The notes below the pieces were generated by a model, which was not told the origin of the DNA, made no database searches, and was given only the letters and a program-made list of their open reading frames with translations. From Amoeboaphelidium protococcarum X5 (taxonomy: Eukaryota; Fungi; Aphelidiomycota), in assembly GCA_023515725.1 (NCBI GenBank), contig JALDTO010000212.1, forward strand, positions 62,001-126,000: a stretch of DNA of 64,000 nucleotides. Reading direction: 5' to 3'. Position 1 is the first letter of the stretch, and the number at the start of each line of letters is the position of its first letter. The position numbers and the translations under genes were made by a program. This document shows positions 1 through 13,670 of this stretch, piece by piece.

Positions 1-2
1 AA

Positions 3-812
3 GTGCTGGATATGAGTGAAGGTGTCGCTCAGGAAAGAATGCGTCGACTCATCAGGCGTATCATTCTTATGCATACTATACGCGGTAAAATTCTCACTCT
101 CCCTGATTTGGACCAAGTTCTGTTGAAGGCAAAGTTTAGTTCTGGTCTCCCGAAATGGTGGGAAGTAGGAGTGCATGACCGTGCTCTGCTAGAAGGAGTG
201 GTGAAGCATGGATTTACACCGTTGAAGTAAAATATTATACTGTTTGACCAGGATTTGCCATTTAGGAAGATCTGTGAAGAAGAGCTGGAGAAGAAAGGAT
301 TACTGGAGTAGTTGCCACGTCTGCAGTAGTTGAATACATTGTCTAAGAATGAGCTCAAGGATCTAGAAGGCAAACCTGTGGATAACGCTGCAGAAGAGTA
401 ATAGATCCTGGGTGGTTAGAACTTGGAGTCTTTTATGGGATGGCCAAAAGATTTGATAAGGACCAGACGTATTGAGATTCTAGTGATGCTAGTTATGAAG
501 GAGTTTGATAAGAGCTCAAAGACGAGCATGCCATTCAATCGTGAGAATCGGCGCAAGTATGAAATTCTGCACATGAGCAGCTCTGCATCGAATATGTCTC
601 CGAGTGGTAAATACGCTGGTGCTGTTGAAGATCTGAATGATTTGGATTATATCAAGGATGAGACTGTGCTCCAGGCCATCAATCTGTTGAGGGATGAGAT
701 TAATTCGCTTAAAGCCAAGTGGGAAGAATCGAATTCGCGTGCTTCGTAGTTGATTGATTTATTGCAGTAGTCGTAGTAGTAGTAGTAAGAGTAGCAAGAC
801 GATAAAGAATGA
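3..812 (+). CDS. 3' end of CHD6-9/kismet-type chromodomain helicase chromatin remodeller (partial)
   Basis: One open frame with TAR=Gln up to TGA at 810-812. Motifs LPKWWEVGVHDRALLEGVVKHG and GWPKD are typical of the CHD7-family C-terminal region. Ends in a TAG/TAA-encoded polyQ tract. Confidence 0.7.
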
Positions 813-1774
813 TAAAGTCATAAATAAAATATAAAAAGAGTTGTTATCAAGCGTAACATAATTTATGTATCACCTATATTTGAGTCTCTCGCGCGCGATA
901 AGCTAAACAAAAGTGACGTTGAAAGATAACACAGCAATTCGTAAAAGTGATACGAAAAACCGCCAGACATGTGCACGCCAGGTTTAGTGTAGAGCTGACA
1001 TTCAGATGTATGACGGCAAATCAATATCACTTATAATTGCACAAAGAGATATTATATAAGATAGTTCGCGAATGAACTAATCAGAATTTATCGGGGCGAA
1101 AAAAAAACTTATCAAAATTGATCTTCACGACATCAAGCGAAAGATAAGGGGTTTGACTTGTTGCCAGGATTATACAGTCCGCATGACAACCGTTTGATCC
1201 AGCCTTTTGATACGTCAAATCACTCCACGAGTTATCTCACGCAATCTCTTAGATAACGAGATAGCGTTACACAATGAGAAATATGATTTTGATCGATCAA
1301 ACTTTATTTTCAATAATTCATCATTACCATTAACTAATTGCCAGGGAGTGTGCAAGGAGAAATAACCAGAAAATGCCAAGCGACACGAAACTCGGTGCGC
1401 GTTCCAGGCCTTTTTTGTACCTTAGCCGAAAAGTTGTTGCAGAGTGATCGATCATACGTTAGGAAGGGGAAAGTCGACGATTGATCCCATCGATCAAGAT
1501 GGTATACAGCTATAAATCAGAACTAAAGCAAAATGCTAAACGCGCCTCTATAGAACAAGTCGATGTTATCTCGCACAATTATCAACTGGGCAATGCTATT
1601 TATATCTCTGATAAATAAACGCGATCATCCATCACTATCATTCCGCTTAAAATCAGTTCTATCAAAGTGAGGCTATTTTTATGAAACACACAATGTCCTA
1701 GAAATTTAATTATAACTTCTCTTTCCACAACCAACTAATTTCGTTTATACACAACTATTTAAATTGCAACAGAT

Positions 1775-4700
1775 ATGGCAGAGAAAGCTATAAAGACAGA
1801 TTCCTTAGATAGAAAAAGAGCATTTTCAGGTCTTCGCGCAGGGACGTTGCCGAGATTGTAATCGGCTCAGGGTCAGCCATAATCATCACTGATGAAACAA
1901 GATAGTAAGAATGGATCTGGTTCAAAGGGAGCGTTAAATATGGAGGATGGTAGTAACAGCAGTTAAGTGCAAAAGAATGGCTCAAGCAAAGATTTAGCTG
2001 AATCCGCTGCATAAGGAGGAGATGGAGTGCGATCATGGTATAACCGTTATCGCAAAACTCCATAAGTGTAACCTACTGCACCTGGAGGTGACAAGACTAC
2101 AACTCAGCAGAAGCCGCAGAGCATGCTGTTTGATGTCAAGAAATGGCCGCTGGTAGAATACAATCAAGTAATCGAGGAGGTTCATGATGAGCCACAGAGT
2201 CCAAATAAGGGTACCATTGTAGATAAGTTGTGGCAGCGAAAGAAGAAGGCTCAGAATGCTAGTAAGAAGACACTGACGCTTGATCACGAGAAGTTGAATC
2301 TAAGTAAAACTGATCGCCGCCGTCAAGAGATCATCTATGAACTGATCGTCACTGAACGCGATTATGTCCAGGATATGAAAGTGTTGGCGGATCTGTTTAT
2401 CAAGAAGATTCGCGATAAGAAACTGCTTTCTCAGTACAATATCAGGAAGATCTTCTCAAACGTGGAAGAACTGGCTGGTGTCAATGAGACTTTTTACAAC
2501 TCGATGTTTGACAATAGAGCGACTGCATTCGAGCAGGCTCATCAGGTGATGCAAGATAAGAATATGACTGAAGCAATGAGACTGGAAAAGGCTTCTGAGG
2601 TTATTGTTGGATACACTGTTGGTGACATCTTCACGCTGCTAACTCCGTACTTTCGCTCGTACAGTTTGTACTGCAGTGGTCATACTGAAGCATCGGAGAC
2701 GCTGAATGCCATACTGAAGATGGCCAAAGCCTCAAAGGAAGCGCATAAGACATTGCGGAAGAAGAACATGACCATTAATCCCCGCATAGCCAAGTAGTTG
2801 AAGGGAAGTGCACTGGTTGAAGATGATATGGAGTATGACGCGGAGAAGTAGCGGGAGCGTGCCAAGGAGCTGGCTTTATTCTTATAGTACTGCAGTTTCC
2901 GGCCAGAGTGCAAGAATCTGGATATCTTCTCCTTCTTGATCAAACCAATCTAGAGATTGTGCAAGTATCCGCTGCTGTTGAAAGAGATTCTAAAAGTCAC
3001 AAGTGAGAGTCATCCGGATTACAAGTTGCTTAATGAGGCCATGGCTTTGGTGGAAAAGGTGGTAGGTGAAGTGAACGAGCGTAAGAGATTTCATGAAGGT
3101 CAGTAGACGCGTATTGTGGACTTGCGTAAGAAATTTGTATTTGATGGCGCGAACCTGGTCGGTATTGAAGAGGGAAGAGATAAACGCTTTGACTTGATGG
3201 GCGTAGTATCTAGGCGCCTTATCCGTGAGCTTGGTGAGAATGGCGAACTATTGGAGGTGAAAGATATAATCCCTGGTAAGCCGGTATCATAGAGTCAGAC
3301 CACTTAACGCTGGCTTCTGCTGTTTACCGATATACTGATAATCAATAAGGTGAGCGAGAAGTCGGTATTCGCAGGTGATGTGTCAAAAGTCAAAGTGAAG
3401 TACGTCGTCTCTCTGAGCAATCTAATGTCTGCCGAACGACTTGAGCAGGATGGAGTGGATACTGTTATATAAATTGGCTCTGAAAAGACGCCGCACTGGG
3501 TATTCAAGGTGAAGATACACGAACTGCTCATTCCTAATGAAGGCTATTCCACAGTGAGGTAGAATGCGTAAGTGTAGAAGCAGAGACCAAAGGATGGATA
3601 TATCTGCTTTGCCTGTCCTACAGAGTATGAGCGTGACTCTTGGGTCCTTGAACTGAATAAGGTCTTATCTGAGATCAAGAAGGACAAGGAGTAGAGGGAG
3701 AAGTTGATTAATGATCGTCCTACCACTGTTGTGGATAAAGAGATTAATGATCGTCAGGAGAAAGTCAGGTCCATAGTTGAAAAGTCTGCTTAGAAGGATA
3801 AGATTAGATTTGATTCCCCTAATGAAATGGTGGTTGATCTTAGAGGCACAGAGGAGTTTAAAGTTAAAAAGGCAAATTTTGCGCAGTCTCTCAATCCCAA
3901 CTTGTTTTTATCTAATAAAGTCGAGGAAGACGATGGTAGTGGTAATGGATTAAGGAGAAATTTGTCATCTGAGATTCTGGCAATGTCTAATGCTACTCCA
4001 AAGACCAAGTTCTTAGAGAACATGGAAGCTCTTGGTTCCCGCCAGTCTATGGATATATTTGATGATGACGATGAAGATAATGATGATAAGAATGCTTAAA
4101 GTGTTGATGATGTTAATACTAATGCCGATCAAGGGAAGTTGGACGCTGGTATCGTCTCATAGAACGTATAGCCGTAGTCAAATCAGTCTCAAGTAGATTC
4201 AGGTGAGGCTTAACCTTCTGTAGATTTGAAAAACTAATAGAGTCCACCTGTTACTGGAAAAGTCAGATCATCCTTGTCAAGCAAGTCATAGGAGAAGGTT
4301 AAAACTTCAATAATGACTATGTTTGACATTGGGCGTGAATCTAATGCTGGTGATGTTTAAATTAAGACTCAAGGTAAAAAGATCAACATGTCTTCTATTG
4401 AAGAGCCTAGTAACTCTGTGGGTTAAAATGACATTACCACGGACAAGGAAGCTGCACCCGTCATAGTAGCTTCTGAATAACAAAAAGTTGATCCTTCATC
4501 TGGGAGTGCGGATCAGTAGTAAAGTCAAACAATACCGACAGTACAAGCCAGTGAGACATAATAATCACCAGGGCAGAAGGATGACGATAATAGCAAGAAA
4601 TAGAAGCGTGTCACCATGTTACTGGAGAAATTCGAAAGCATCAGCGTGTAATCCATTGACAATCTGGCCAGAAGTTAATCAAAGCTGAATGGATCTAGTC

Positions 4701-4864
4701 AATAGCTTGCAAGCGGCAATCTAAGAGGTAGTAGAATTCTCAATCCCCCTGCATTGCCTGCCAAGAGCGACAACAAAGGTAAGAAGATGTTCGATAAGAT
4801 CAAGAATAGCGAAGACCTTCTAAAGAGCTAACAGATTTCCAACTCGGCTGATAATTTGCCATGA
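1775..4864 (+). CDS. Rho guanine nucleotide exchange factor (DH-PH domains), ~1029 aa
   Basis: DH motifs RRQEIIYELIVTERDYVQDM and FLIKPI(TAG=Q)RLCKYPLLLKEILK, then a PH-like region ending ERDSWVLELNK. Continuous frame from ATG 1775 to TGA 4862-4864. An upstream exon is possible. Confidence 0.85.
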
Positions 4865-5111
4865 TTTCTCGACCAGCTGTTGTTGTTGAATAGAAGGCGA
4901 ATACTGAGTTTGTATGTTTTTGCGTTAAATCAAGCATTTATTGAGTGTTGAATGAGAAAATGATGATAAAATATGATGATAATGATCATGATTTACAAAT
5001 TATCGCCGCTCTTCTCGTTTCCTTAATCGTATTCACTTCTCAGTTCGCTACCACTTACAAACCTTTCCATAAAGATCCCCGTACGGTATTTCGTGATTCG
5101 ATATAGCGTAA

Positions 5112-5846
5112 ATGTCAAGTGTAACTTTTAAAAATTGTCCAGGTTGGGTCGTCGCTCCATCCAACAAGGATAGTAAACCAACTCGTGGCCTCATAATCAA
5201 TAGTGAGTGGTGGGGGTTAAATGATCAGTTGAAGGCATTGGGCGCGAGATTTGCTAATGAAAGTTATGATTTCGGTAAAGATTCTACCAAAAGTGATAAT
5301 GCTGATACAGGCAGTGGTAACAGTGGCGGATATCTTGTGGTGTGTCCAGATTTGTACCGCAGTAAAGTTGTTCCATACGGCAAGGACGATGAAGCGAATC
5401 ATGCCATGCAGAATCTGGACTTTCAGAAGGCTGTCGACGAACTGAAGCTGTGGAGTGATTACCTGCGTGAATAAGGTTGTGAACGCGTCGCTGTCACTGG
5501 AACTTGTATGGGAGGTGCTCTATCTCTGGCGCTGGCCAGTAAGTACCCCGACGCAGTAGATGCGTGTGTCCCATTCTACGGCTTACCAGGCGCGTAATAC
5601 TTTCCACCCGCCAACATTAAAGTCCCAGTGCTGTTCCTATTTGGTAAGGAGGATACTATGAAAGGCTTCTCTGATCCGGAGTCTCTAGAGTAGTTCAAGA
5701 AGCAGCTCAAGTGTCGCCACGAGACTGCCATGTTTGAAGGCTGTGGACACGCTTTCATGAATGAACACCGTCCAGAGGTGTATAGTAAAGACAATGCAAC
5801 AAAGGCTTTCAAGAAGGCACTTGAATTCCTAAATGCTAATCTGTGA
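5112..5846 (+). CDS. Dienelactone hydrolase family alpha/beta hydrolase, 244 aa
   Basis: EWWGLN motif, PDLY, nucleophile elbow GTCMGG, catalytic D (GKED) and H (GHAFMN). Confidence 0.85.
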
Positions 5847-5936
5847 ATCTATTGAGTTAAACTTTATGATTAGCTCAAAATCAATAAACTCTGTAACTGG
5901 CATTTCATCAATATCTTAAATGAAGCTTAATTATCA

Positions 5937-7435
5937 TCATTAAAAGAACATTGAAGCAGCCACTTCAACATTTCCATTAGTTGCCCTCAGTGCTTTAATA
6001 GCTTCATCTCGACTCATTCCAATATTGATCAGACTCTGAATAGAAGCATCTGGAAACTATGCAGTTGATGATTGTTAAGTACCACCCGTGGATTATGTCA
6101 CCTGTCTCATCTGACTATTATTGTCAGACTTGGAAGCACTACTGGAACTACCAACCTATTAAGAACCAAAATTATTGGCTTAATTACCAGAGGACAATAA
6201 CTGCTATGGCTTCTAAGTAACAGGAGACTTCTAAGCCACTTCACCGCTATACTCACGCTTGGCATAATCAGGAAGTTCATTCTCAGACAGGAAATGAGTC
6301 TCAAACTCTCCAATTCTCAATACATTCTTCTCCAGGTCGATACACGCCGAAAATCTTCTCAACATATCCAATCCAATTAGAATATCCATCTCACCCAGCT
6401 CAGTTATAGTGAACGAACACTATACAAATAGAGAGTTGTAGTCTTTAAATTTATTCTACTACTACTCTGCAGCAGAATTTACAGCATCTTGACTCTACTA
6501 CGACTACTACTATTACTCTGATAAAGAGGAACCTGCATCAATCTTCTTTTGCTTACCAATCAAATTTAAGGTGGCAGCATGAATCCTGCCCAAAATCTTT
6601 GAAGTTCCCACACCTTTGGCTATACCTGCGAATCGGGAGTCACACAGATGCATAATACCACATTTCTCAGCACATGCAGGCGTCATTATAGTTGCCTGTG
6701 CACCAGAGTCTATGAATGCCTTTATATGACGACCATTGACCTCCACGTCAACATACAGCATATGAACTTTAGTGAACACTTCTGGATTAAACTAGTAGGC
6801 CAATTCCATATTCTCATTAATGTTCTCCATTCTAATCTACTCTTCAATTCGCTTCTACATCTCAACATCAAATGGATCTGAATGACTGATATTCTACGGA
6901 GACACTGCAGGAAGCATCTACTCACCCATCATGGTCTACAACATCTACTTGAACTTTACAGGATCATTCTGGGCGGCATTTAAAAGACCAGGATTAGTTG
7001 CTTGCATTTACTATCTCATATTAGGATCAGACAGCAGCTACTATCTCAACACATCCAACTAAGCATCAACTTATGAGGATTATTAATTTTAAGACTGACC
7101 ATGACTACTTTATTACTGAGAACGTTGCACCTAACTACTATCATGAACAAATAGAATATCGTTATCTTGAATGCCCAACTGCTAGAGAGTACTAGACTGA
7201 GCTTACAACGAGATATTTAACACCTTACTATCCTTATAATACTATTGCGATTACGCAGGAATATTAAACTCGGCTTCCACCAGCATCTTCAAAGTTGATA
7301 TCTACAGAAATACTAAAATTTTAATAATCCAATTAAAAGAGCTATTATATAATTTAATTTAAATCTCACCTCAGTGTCCTGAGTCAACTCAAGGGAGTAA
7401 ATCTCACCCTTCTAATTAGTAATAGTTATTTGCAT
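5937..7435 (-). CDS. DDI1: DNA damage-inducible protein 1 (UBL, retroviral-type aspartic protease, UBA); intron 7302-7369
   Basis: [23 protein letters not shown] protease motif, [11 protein letters not shown]-terminal UBA ([17 protein letters not shown]), N-terminal UBL. Confidence 0.92.
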
Positions 7436-7951
7436 TAGATTGAATTTACTAAAGTTTGAATGAGTATCCTGGGCAAAAATTGAAACTTGGACAAGAATAG
7501 AAGAAGAATGATGATGAGAGAAAGTAAAAAGTTTCATCGCGCGACAAATCGAAACGGTCCATCAGGCTGAAACAACTTTGTAAATCATTCAATAGAACGT
7601 GGATAGTTACACAGTGTGCTCTCCATAATTATTCGATACGTTAAACGAAAGCGGATGTTATCACCTTTGTGATGAAACACCATTCTGTATGATTGTAGCT
7701 GTTAAATCTCTCAACTGTAGTTCAAGAATAGAAGACCTTAATTTTCAATAGTTCTGGTTGGTTGATACTGATCACGTCATTAGAATTTAATCAGAGTTTG
7801 ATTTCATAATCAACTCACTCTCCATTTATTCTTGAGTTTAATTTTAGAATAATTTAGTATATTTGAATTAGTGTATTTTATCATAGCACTATAAAGCTTT
7901 AACCTCCCAGAGATTTGGGAATTCTTTAGTGTCATACTCCCTTATAGGAAA

Positions 7952-9021
7952 ATGTCTGATCTGTAGATCCTGTCAATAGTTATTGGCTGGGTAAGATTTC
8001 TTACGTTAAAACAATGCTTTGAAGACTGTTTAATATTAATCATTTGATGATGATTTTTGTAGAGTTATTTCGCCGCATGGTCGATTAGCTTCTATCCATA
8101 GGTGAGTAATGTTTATCTATCGATGCAACTTTCTCCATACGATTCGATAAAGTTTTGAGTAAATTTGTGTAGATCTTCCTTATTATTAAACGGCGATCAT
8201 CTCATGGACTCTCGCTTGATTTTGTTGTATACAATGTTCTTGGATTCCTTTGCTATTTTGTAAGGTGTTTGTCATGCTGTTTATCATTTTTGGCTCGTGT
8301 CATTGTATTAAAGCGTTTTGTAGATTTATACCATCACATTCTTTAGTAATGATGAGATTAGGCGATAGTACGCGGCTAGAAATAATGGAAATATGCCTCT
8401 GGTGTAGTTAAACGACGTTGTGTTTGCGGCTCATGCGTTCTTACTCACTGTAGTCACGTTGGTTTTGGCGTTTATGTTCAGAGAGTCTAATGGTAGGTTA
8501 ATTACGCGCTTTGCATAATACTTACTAATCGCTGCGTTTATCGTGATATTTACTCTGCTGCTTATCACGTCAATCATGCGTGTTACTGACTGGATCACTA
8601 TGATCTATGCTTTATCTTACATCAAGATAGGGACCAGTTTAATTAAATACTTACCGTAAGCGTACTTTAATTATGTGCGAAAATCTACTGCTGGATGGTC
8701 AATCATTAGCATATTGCTGGATTTTACTGGCGGTTCATTATCATTTGTACAACTCATTCTAGACGCTTACATTACAGGTAAGTATAATGATCCTCATTAA
8801 GGTTTTTCATCATCGTTGGGTATTCATTTATTATTTCAAATGTAGATGACTGGAATGGGATATTTGGAAATTTGATCAAGGTCGGTCTTGGTGTAACGAG
8901 CTTGGTATTTGATGTTTTATTCATCGTCTAACACTATGTTTTATACCGCGAGTCTGCTGCTGTATTCTCAAACGGCGCCGTAAAGTCTGAAGATGAAGAA
9001 GATCCTACTCAAGAATATTGA
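7952..9021 (+). CDS. Cystinosin/ERS1-like PQ-loop lysosomal transporter; introns 7991-8062, 8102-8172, 8260-8323, 8778-8845
   Basis: AWSISFYP(TAG=Q), GLSLDFVVYNVLGF, NDVVFAAHA, KYLP(TAA=Q)AYFNY.RKSTAGWSI, DFTGG, FIV(TAA=Q)HY. Confidence 0.9.
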
Positions 9022-9225
9022 TGTGTGTAATGCAGTCATCTTGTACAATACAATTGTTAATAATGTTAAATTAATTTTACTCTTCATTAGCAGATGAAGC
9101 TTCATTCTTATGCTCTAACATATTGTCTGAAATTGTAAAGATAACCATAGATGGGACTCTAAAGCAGTAAAAACGCATTGAAGATCTATTTTTTAGTCAG
9201 TCAACAGGTCGTTTCACTTAGACGG

Positions 9226-9266
9226 TACGGAATCCGAGAGCCGCAAAAGCGCGTCGCTATTTAAAA
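9226..9266 (+). repeat. Left terminal inverted repeat
   Basis: TACGGAATCCGAGAGCCGCAAAAGCGCGTCGCTATTTAAAA. An internal copy of its core (TTCGAGAGCCGCAA) lies at 9313-9326. Confidence 0.8.
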
Positions 9267-10015
9267 AGCAGAAACGAATATTTGTTTCTTACAACTGTTT
9301 TTGTTTTTAATGTTCGAGAGCCGCAATCAGTGCCTCACATTAATACATAACGTTTTTGCACTTGTAATACGCGAATGCGACTTAACAAATTGATTAATTT
9401 TTGTGATTACTTTCTTATTTATATCATGCTGCAAAATCAAATGTATTAGTCATGCACCGTGTGTGTGTTGCTTTACTTTAATGTGCAACTTGCGCAACTG
9501 CAGCAGTATTGGTGTAAATATCTCAAGATTTTTAATATAGCAGTATTTGCTCCGCTTCTCTAGTAAAGAAATATATGCACCAAACCTCAAGCAAAAATTT
9601 GCAAACTGTTTGTGAGTAGTGGTTGCTCGATCTTTGTCACAACTGATTGCTTGATGCGTTAATCTCGAAACTGGCGCTTGCAATTTAACAGTAAGTAAGC
9701 GATTATTTGTGATAAATTGTTTTGATACTGAATGATACTTTATTATCTCTTACACACTATTCACTAAACTACTTTTTAACAACGTACAATCTTATTTGCG
9801 AGATAAGCATACAGGTATAAGCAATGCAGCATTGGGACGCCGTAGTGTTGTCATTACTTGCTGCGCCACCCCCCTTACGCCACTCTAAGATCTTACGCAA
9901 TCATATTATTAATAACAGCTCTCATAGTTCAGATAACTAAAACGCGACAAATATACGCAATCTCTTTAGTTGATATCTATATCCTAGTGTCTTTTGAATA
10001 GAATCAGTATCAAGC

Positions 10016-12031
10016 ATGTTTAATCCGTTGTAAGATGTGTTATGTCCCAATTCGTCCGGACTCAAAAGGGAGGACTGTCATTGTGCTGGATGTAAATCTT
10101 GGCAATAGGCGCAAGCCTAGTTGATGCATTCACAAATGCAATTTGAGTAAAAGAAAAAGCTTGCGGTGCAGACAAGAACCGAGTCAATGGTAAATAGATT
10201 GCACAGTGGATACCAGACTAAGCCGCCGCCCCCTGTTCATAGAAACGGTCCTGGTAGTGGAAATAGAGGTTTGACGCGTAAAAACGCGCTGGTGCAAATT
10301 AGCATTGTCCCTTGTATTTCAGGATCAAAGGTTGGATAATTTAAGCGTCTGGAAAATGTTGGCCCATAGATGATTTAGATTGACAAGTATAATGACAATT
10401 ATCAATCTGTCTTAGCATAAGCTTGTGCATTGTTTCACTATCAAGTTGAGCAATCGTCAATTGGACAAAGTCAAATCCACCAAATCCCCTAATTTGGAGT
10501 TGATTTTGACGTAATATAATGGACCCAGAATATTCAATTGGCAGGATGTAAGTATACCTCTAATAAGGATAAGGTGCTATATTTGATTCCGTTGGTTGAA
10601 AGCAATCGCGTGTAATTGCATCCTAGTTTAAAGAGAAACTATGAGTCTCTACAGTAGCTGAATTTTTTGAATGTCGAGGACTTTGATTACTAGTATGGTT
10701 TGCCAGATGAGAAGATGCAGGATAAGGATGATTTTGAAATTGTTGAACCGACGCGTACTTTAGATGAGCCTATTATTCAACCTGTCAAGCCTGTCAAAAA
10801 GATCAAATCTGCGCAGGAGTCTACGATCATACCTGTCAGTTCAAATGTTGCGAGAAATAGTTAGATTGAACATAAGAATAAGTTTTGCTAGTTTGAAAAC
10901 ATTTCCAAGGTGTCCCCTCAGCGTGTAATAAAAAATACGCGCTCCTTGTAAGGCAGTGTGGTTGTGCATGTCTACGACTATGAAACAGGCTCCTGGTTCA
11001 CTGAGGATCCAGGAGTAGTTGGAATGCCAGATCTGGCAGGAAAGACTAACAAAGGGAATATAAAAAGATGCTACTATAATGGATCTCTGGTCAAGTTTTT
11101 TCCAGATCTGCCAGTAGTCTTTAAGTGCGCAATTGATAAGGATGACGATGATTATGGATTACATGCTAGGGAAATATTAAACTCTGTTTGCGCTCAAAGG
11201 TGCTTCCTAGATTTTGACGCGGAATTGATTAAGACGCTGCTGGGTTAAGAATATCTATAGGTTGCTGGTGAGTAGCGTGGAGTTTGTGCTGGCGTGATGC
11301 TGGAGATTAGAGACAAATAAAATGAGGAATTTGGTGATATGGTGGATCTAGCAAAGATATGGACAGTTGAACCCTTCGTAGATGGCCAATTTGTGAAGTA
11401 TATCGACAACGAGCATTTTATGCAAATTTGTGATGATGATCAGACTTATGAGGAGAACTTTCGTGAAGAAGTGGCCTGGGCTTTTGCCCATTACTCCTAT
11501 TATTGGTTTGAGAAGGAGAACTACGAGTAAATGATAGTTGATATTCAAGGCTCTAAGTGTCACTTTACAGATCTTTAGGTGTGCACTGTCAATGGCACCG
11601 ATTGCAGTATTGGCAATATGGGTTTACCAGCAATTGTGAAGTTCTTCGTTATGCACTAGTGCAATTAGATTTGCAAGGCTTTGCATTTAGATGTCGCGAC
11701 CATTCCGTCTTTAGTAATGGAGAAGATTATGGAAGATTCTCTCTTAATGGATAAATTCGAGTCCACTGTGTTTGGATCTCCAGCATAGGCCGCTCCTAAT
11801 CCTCTTGGATAGTAGAAGACATCATTGAAGTCGGATGTCTCCATAACTTCTGTGTCTAAACAGGTAGAAGTTAATAATCAAGCCACTCAGGATTTGCAGA
11901 TAGTAAAGGAGAAATCTAAGATTAAGTTGGTGGATCCTATTGTTAAAAACATACGTCCGTCTAGCAGAAGACCTAATACGCGTGCTAAAAATGCTGCGTA
12001 GAAGAAATTGCCAACTTTGACTGAGGATTGA
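10016..12031 (+). CDS. Alpha-type (eEF2K/MHCK-like) protein kinase, ~671 aa, transposon cargo
   Basis: GNIKRCY loop, VVFK, EPFVDGQFVKYIDN, AFAHYSY, MIVDIQG, FTDLQV, GNMG and zinc motif HQCNQIC. Intronless frame with TAR=Gln. Confidence 0.88.
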
Positions 12032-12116
12032 GTATTTAGTAGCTCTGGTGGAGTTAACAATGAGTACGTAAAGATAGTAATAGCAATAAGAAATTTTTAA
12101 TTATTCAGACCATTCT

Positions 12117-13496
12117 TCACTAAGCAATTTCCTACCCTCTCACTTACTATTCTGCTATCAACAATTAATCTCTAAATGCATCCAGCGCGCTTACGAGATC
12201 GCCATCGGACACTAAAGCCTTGAACACATCTTGACAATTGTCAAAGGTAAGTTGATCAAAACCTTTCTCTATAACAACTTCATCAATAAGATGCCTAGCG
12301 TAATTAATTCTAAACCTATCATTCATATCTATAGTACTTGGTCCAAACAATTGAATAGCCATATCACGCATGTCTTGAGGAGGCTCCAAACCACATTCTA
12401 CTCCATCAAACATCTCGGGAACTTGATAACGCATGATGGGCTGTCCTTGATTTCGAATCTTATGGTAATTCCACAAGGTGGTAATTTTATCTAAACACTC
12501 AGCGATATAATGTCCAAAACAATACTGAGAAATTGTCTTATGAGAATAAAGCGTGGTATTAAAATAACCTGCAAAGTGAAGATTGTTCAGCGTTCCTATC
12601 CAATATTCAAGCCCATAATGATTCTATCTGCCCCAGTAACTTTCTATACGCGTATTGAAATTGGATGAACCCACAATATAAGAGTTCTCACCTACCAATA
12701 TTTCTTGCAATTACTTGATGTAATTGTTCTCAGTTCCGCCATCAACACGAACTTTTCCAGGCATAACATTGCATTTGTCAGCCGCATCCAGAAAATATTC
12801 CAGTATGTAACGCGCGGGCCTATTCGTATCTGCGACCATACTAAACACAACATACCTACTAAAACCATCTACACACGCACTTATTCCAAAGCCAAACTAC
12901 GACAGCTTATCGAAGCCATCTATATGCCACACTTAATTAGGACCATCATTTTAATATTCACGGCGTTTCAACTTGCGCCTTTTACGCATTTACACAGCCT
13001 CTGGATTGTCGAATCTTTAGCAAACCATAACCATGTCTCGAGATACTTATTGGCCTGATAGTTCACGAAGGACTTATGTAGTTGATCTAATTCCCAATCT
13101 TTCACCTTCATCCTGATTTACAACATGCACTAAATCCAAAACTTCGACAGGAGATAGCGCACAATGTCTCGTTCCAATTTAATGCTGCGACAAAATCGAT
13201 TGCAAAGTCCTTAAGGACATTTAAATATTATGCTTCTATTTCAGCCAATCCAATAATTATTGTTAAGTGGACCCGCCATTAATTAGATGGCGAGCTTCTT
13301 CAATCCAATGTTCACTTTAATCCGCAAATGTGGCTCTATTTAAAGCAGTACTCAATCCATGTTCAGTCATAAACCGGTCCAATTTGGACTTGGAGCAGAT
13401 TGTTCCACTAGAATTTAGAGTATCTAAAATTTCCTTGCGCTTCAAACCTTAATTTACTAACTGCCGTACCTGTTCCAAGTCGATTTCTTAAGACAT
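12117..13496 (-). CDS. DDE transposase/integrase with N-terminal HTH (Clr5-like) repeats, ~459 aa
   Basis: RRKLKRREY..GPNQVWHIDGFDKL, CVDGFSR, PGKVRVDGGTEN, GSSNFNTRIESYW, WNYHKIR. The D, D and E residues are intact. Confidence 0.88.
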
Positions 13497-13670
13497 TTTG
13501 CTGCAAAAAATGAATTCGAGTTAAGATGTCCCCTATTATAAGGCGGATATAGTGCATGATAAGAAACAAAATAGCAATGAATTTATTTTTAAAATTACAA
13601 AACAAAATAAAAATTAAAAATCATTTAAAATATTAATGGGAACTTTCATTTTACTTTCTATGTTTAGTAA

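Noticed and set aside
1373-1684. Upstream ATGs at 1373 and 1499 in the RhoGEF frame
   Set aside because: Both run into TGA before the main ORF, and the candidate intron (ending CAACAG) does not restore the frame. Possibly uORFs or UTR, but unsupported.
9450-9683. Minus-strand 77-aa ORF inside the transposon's left arm
   Set aside because: No ATG start or motif; more likely the non-coding promoter region of the kinase.
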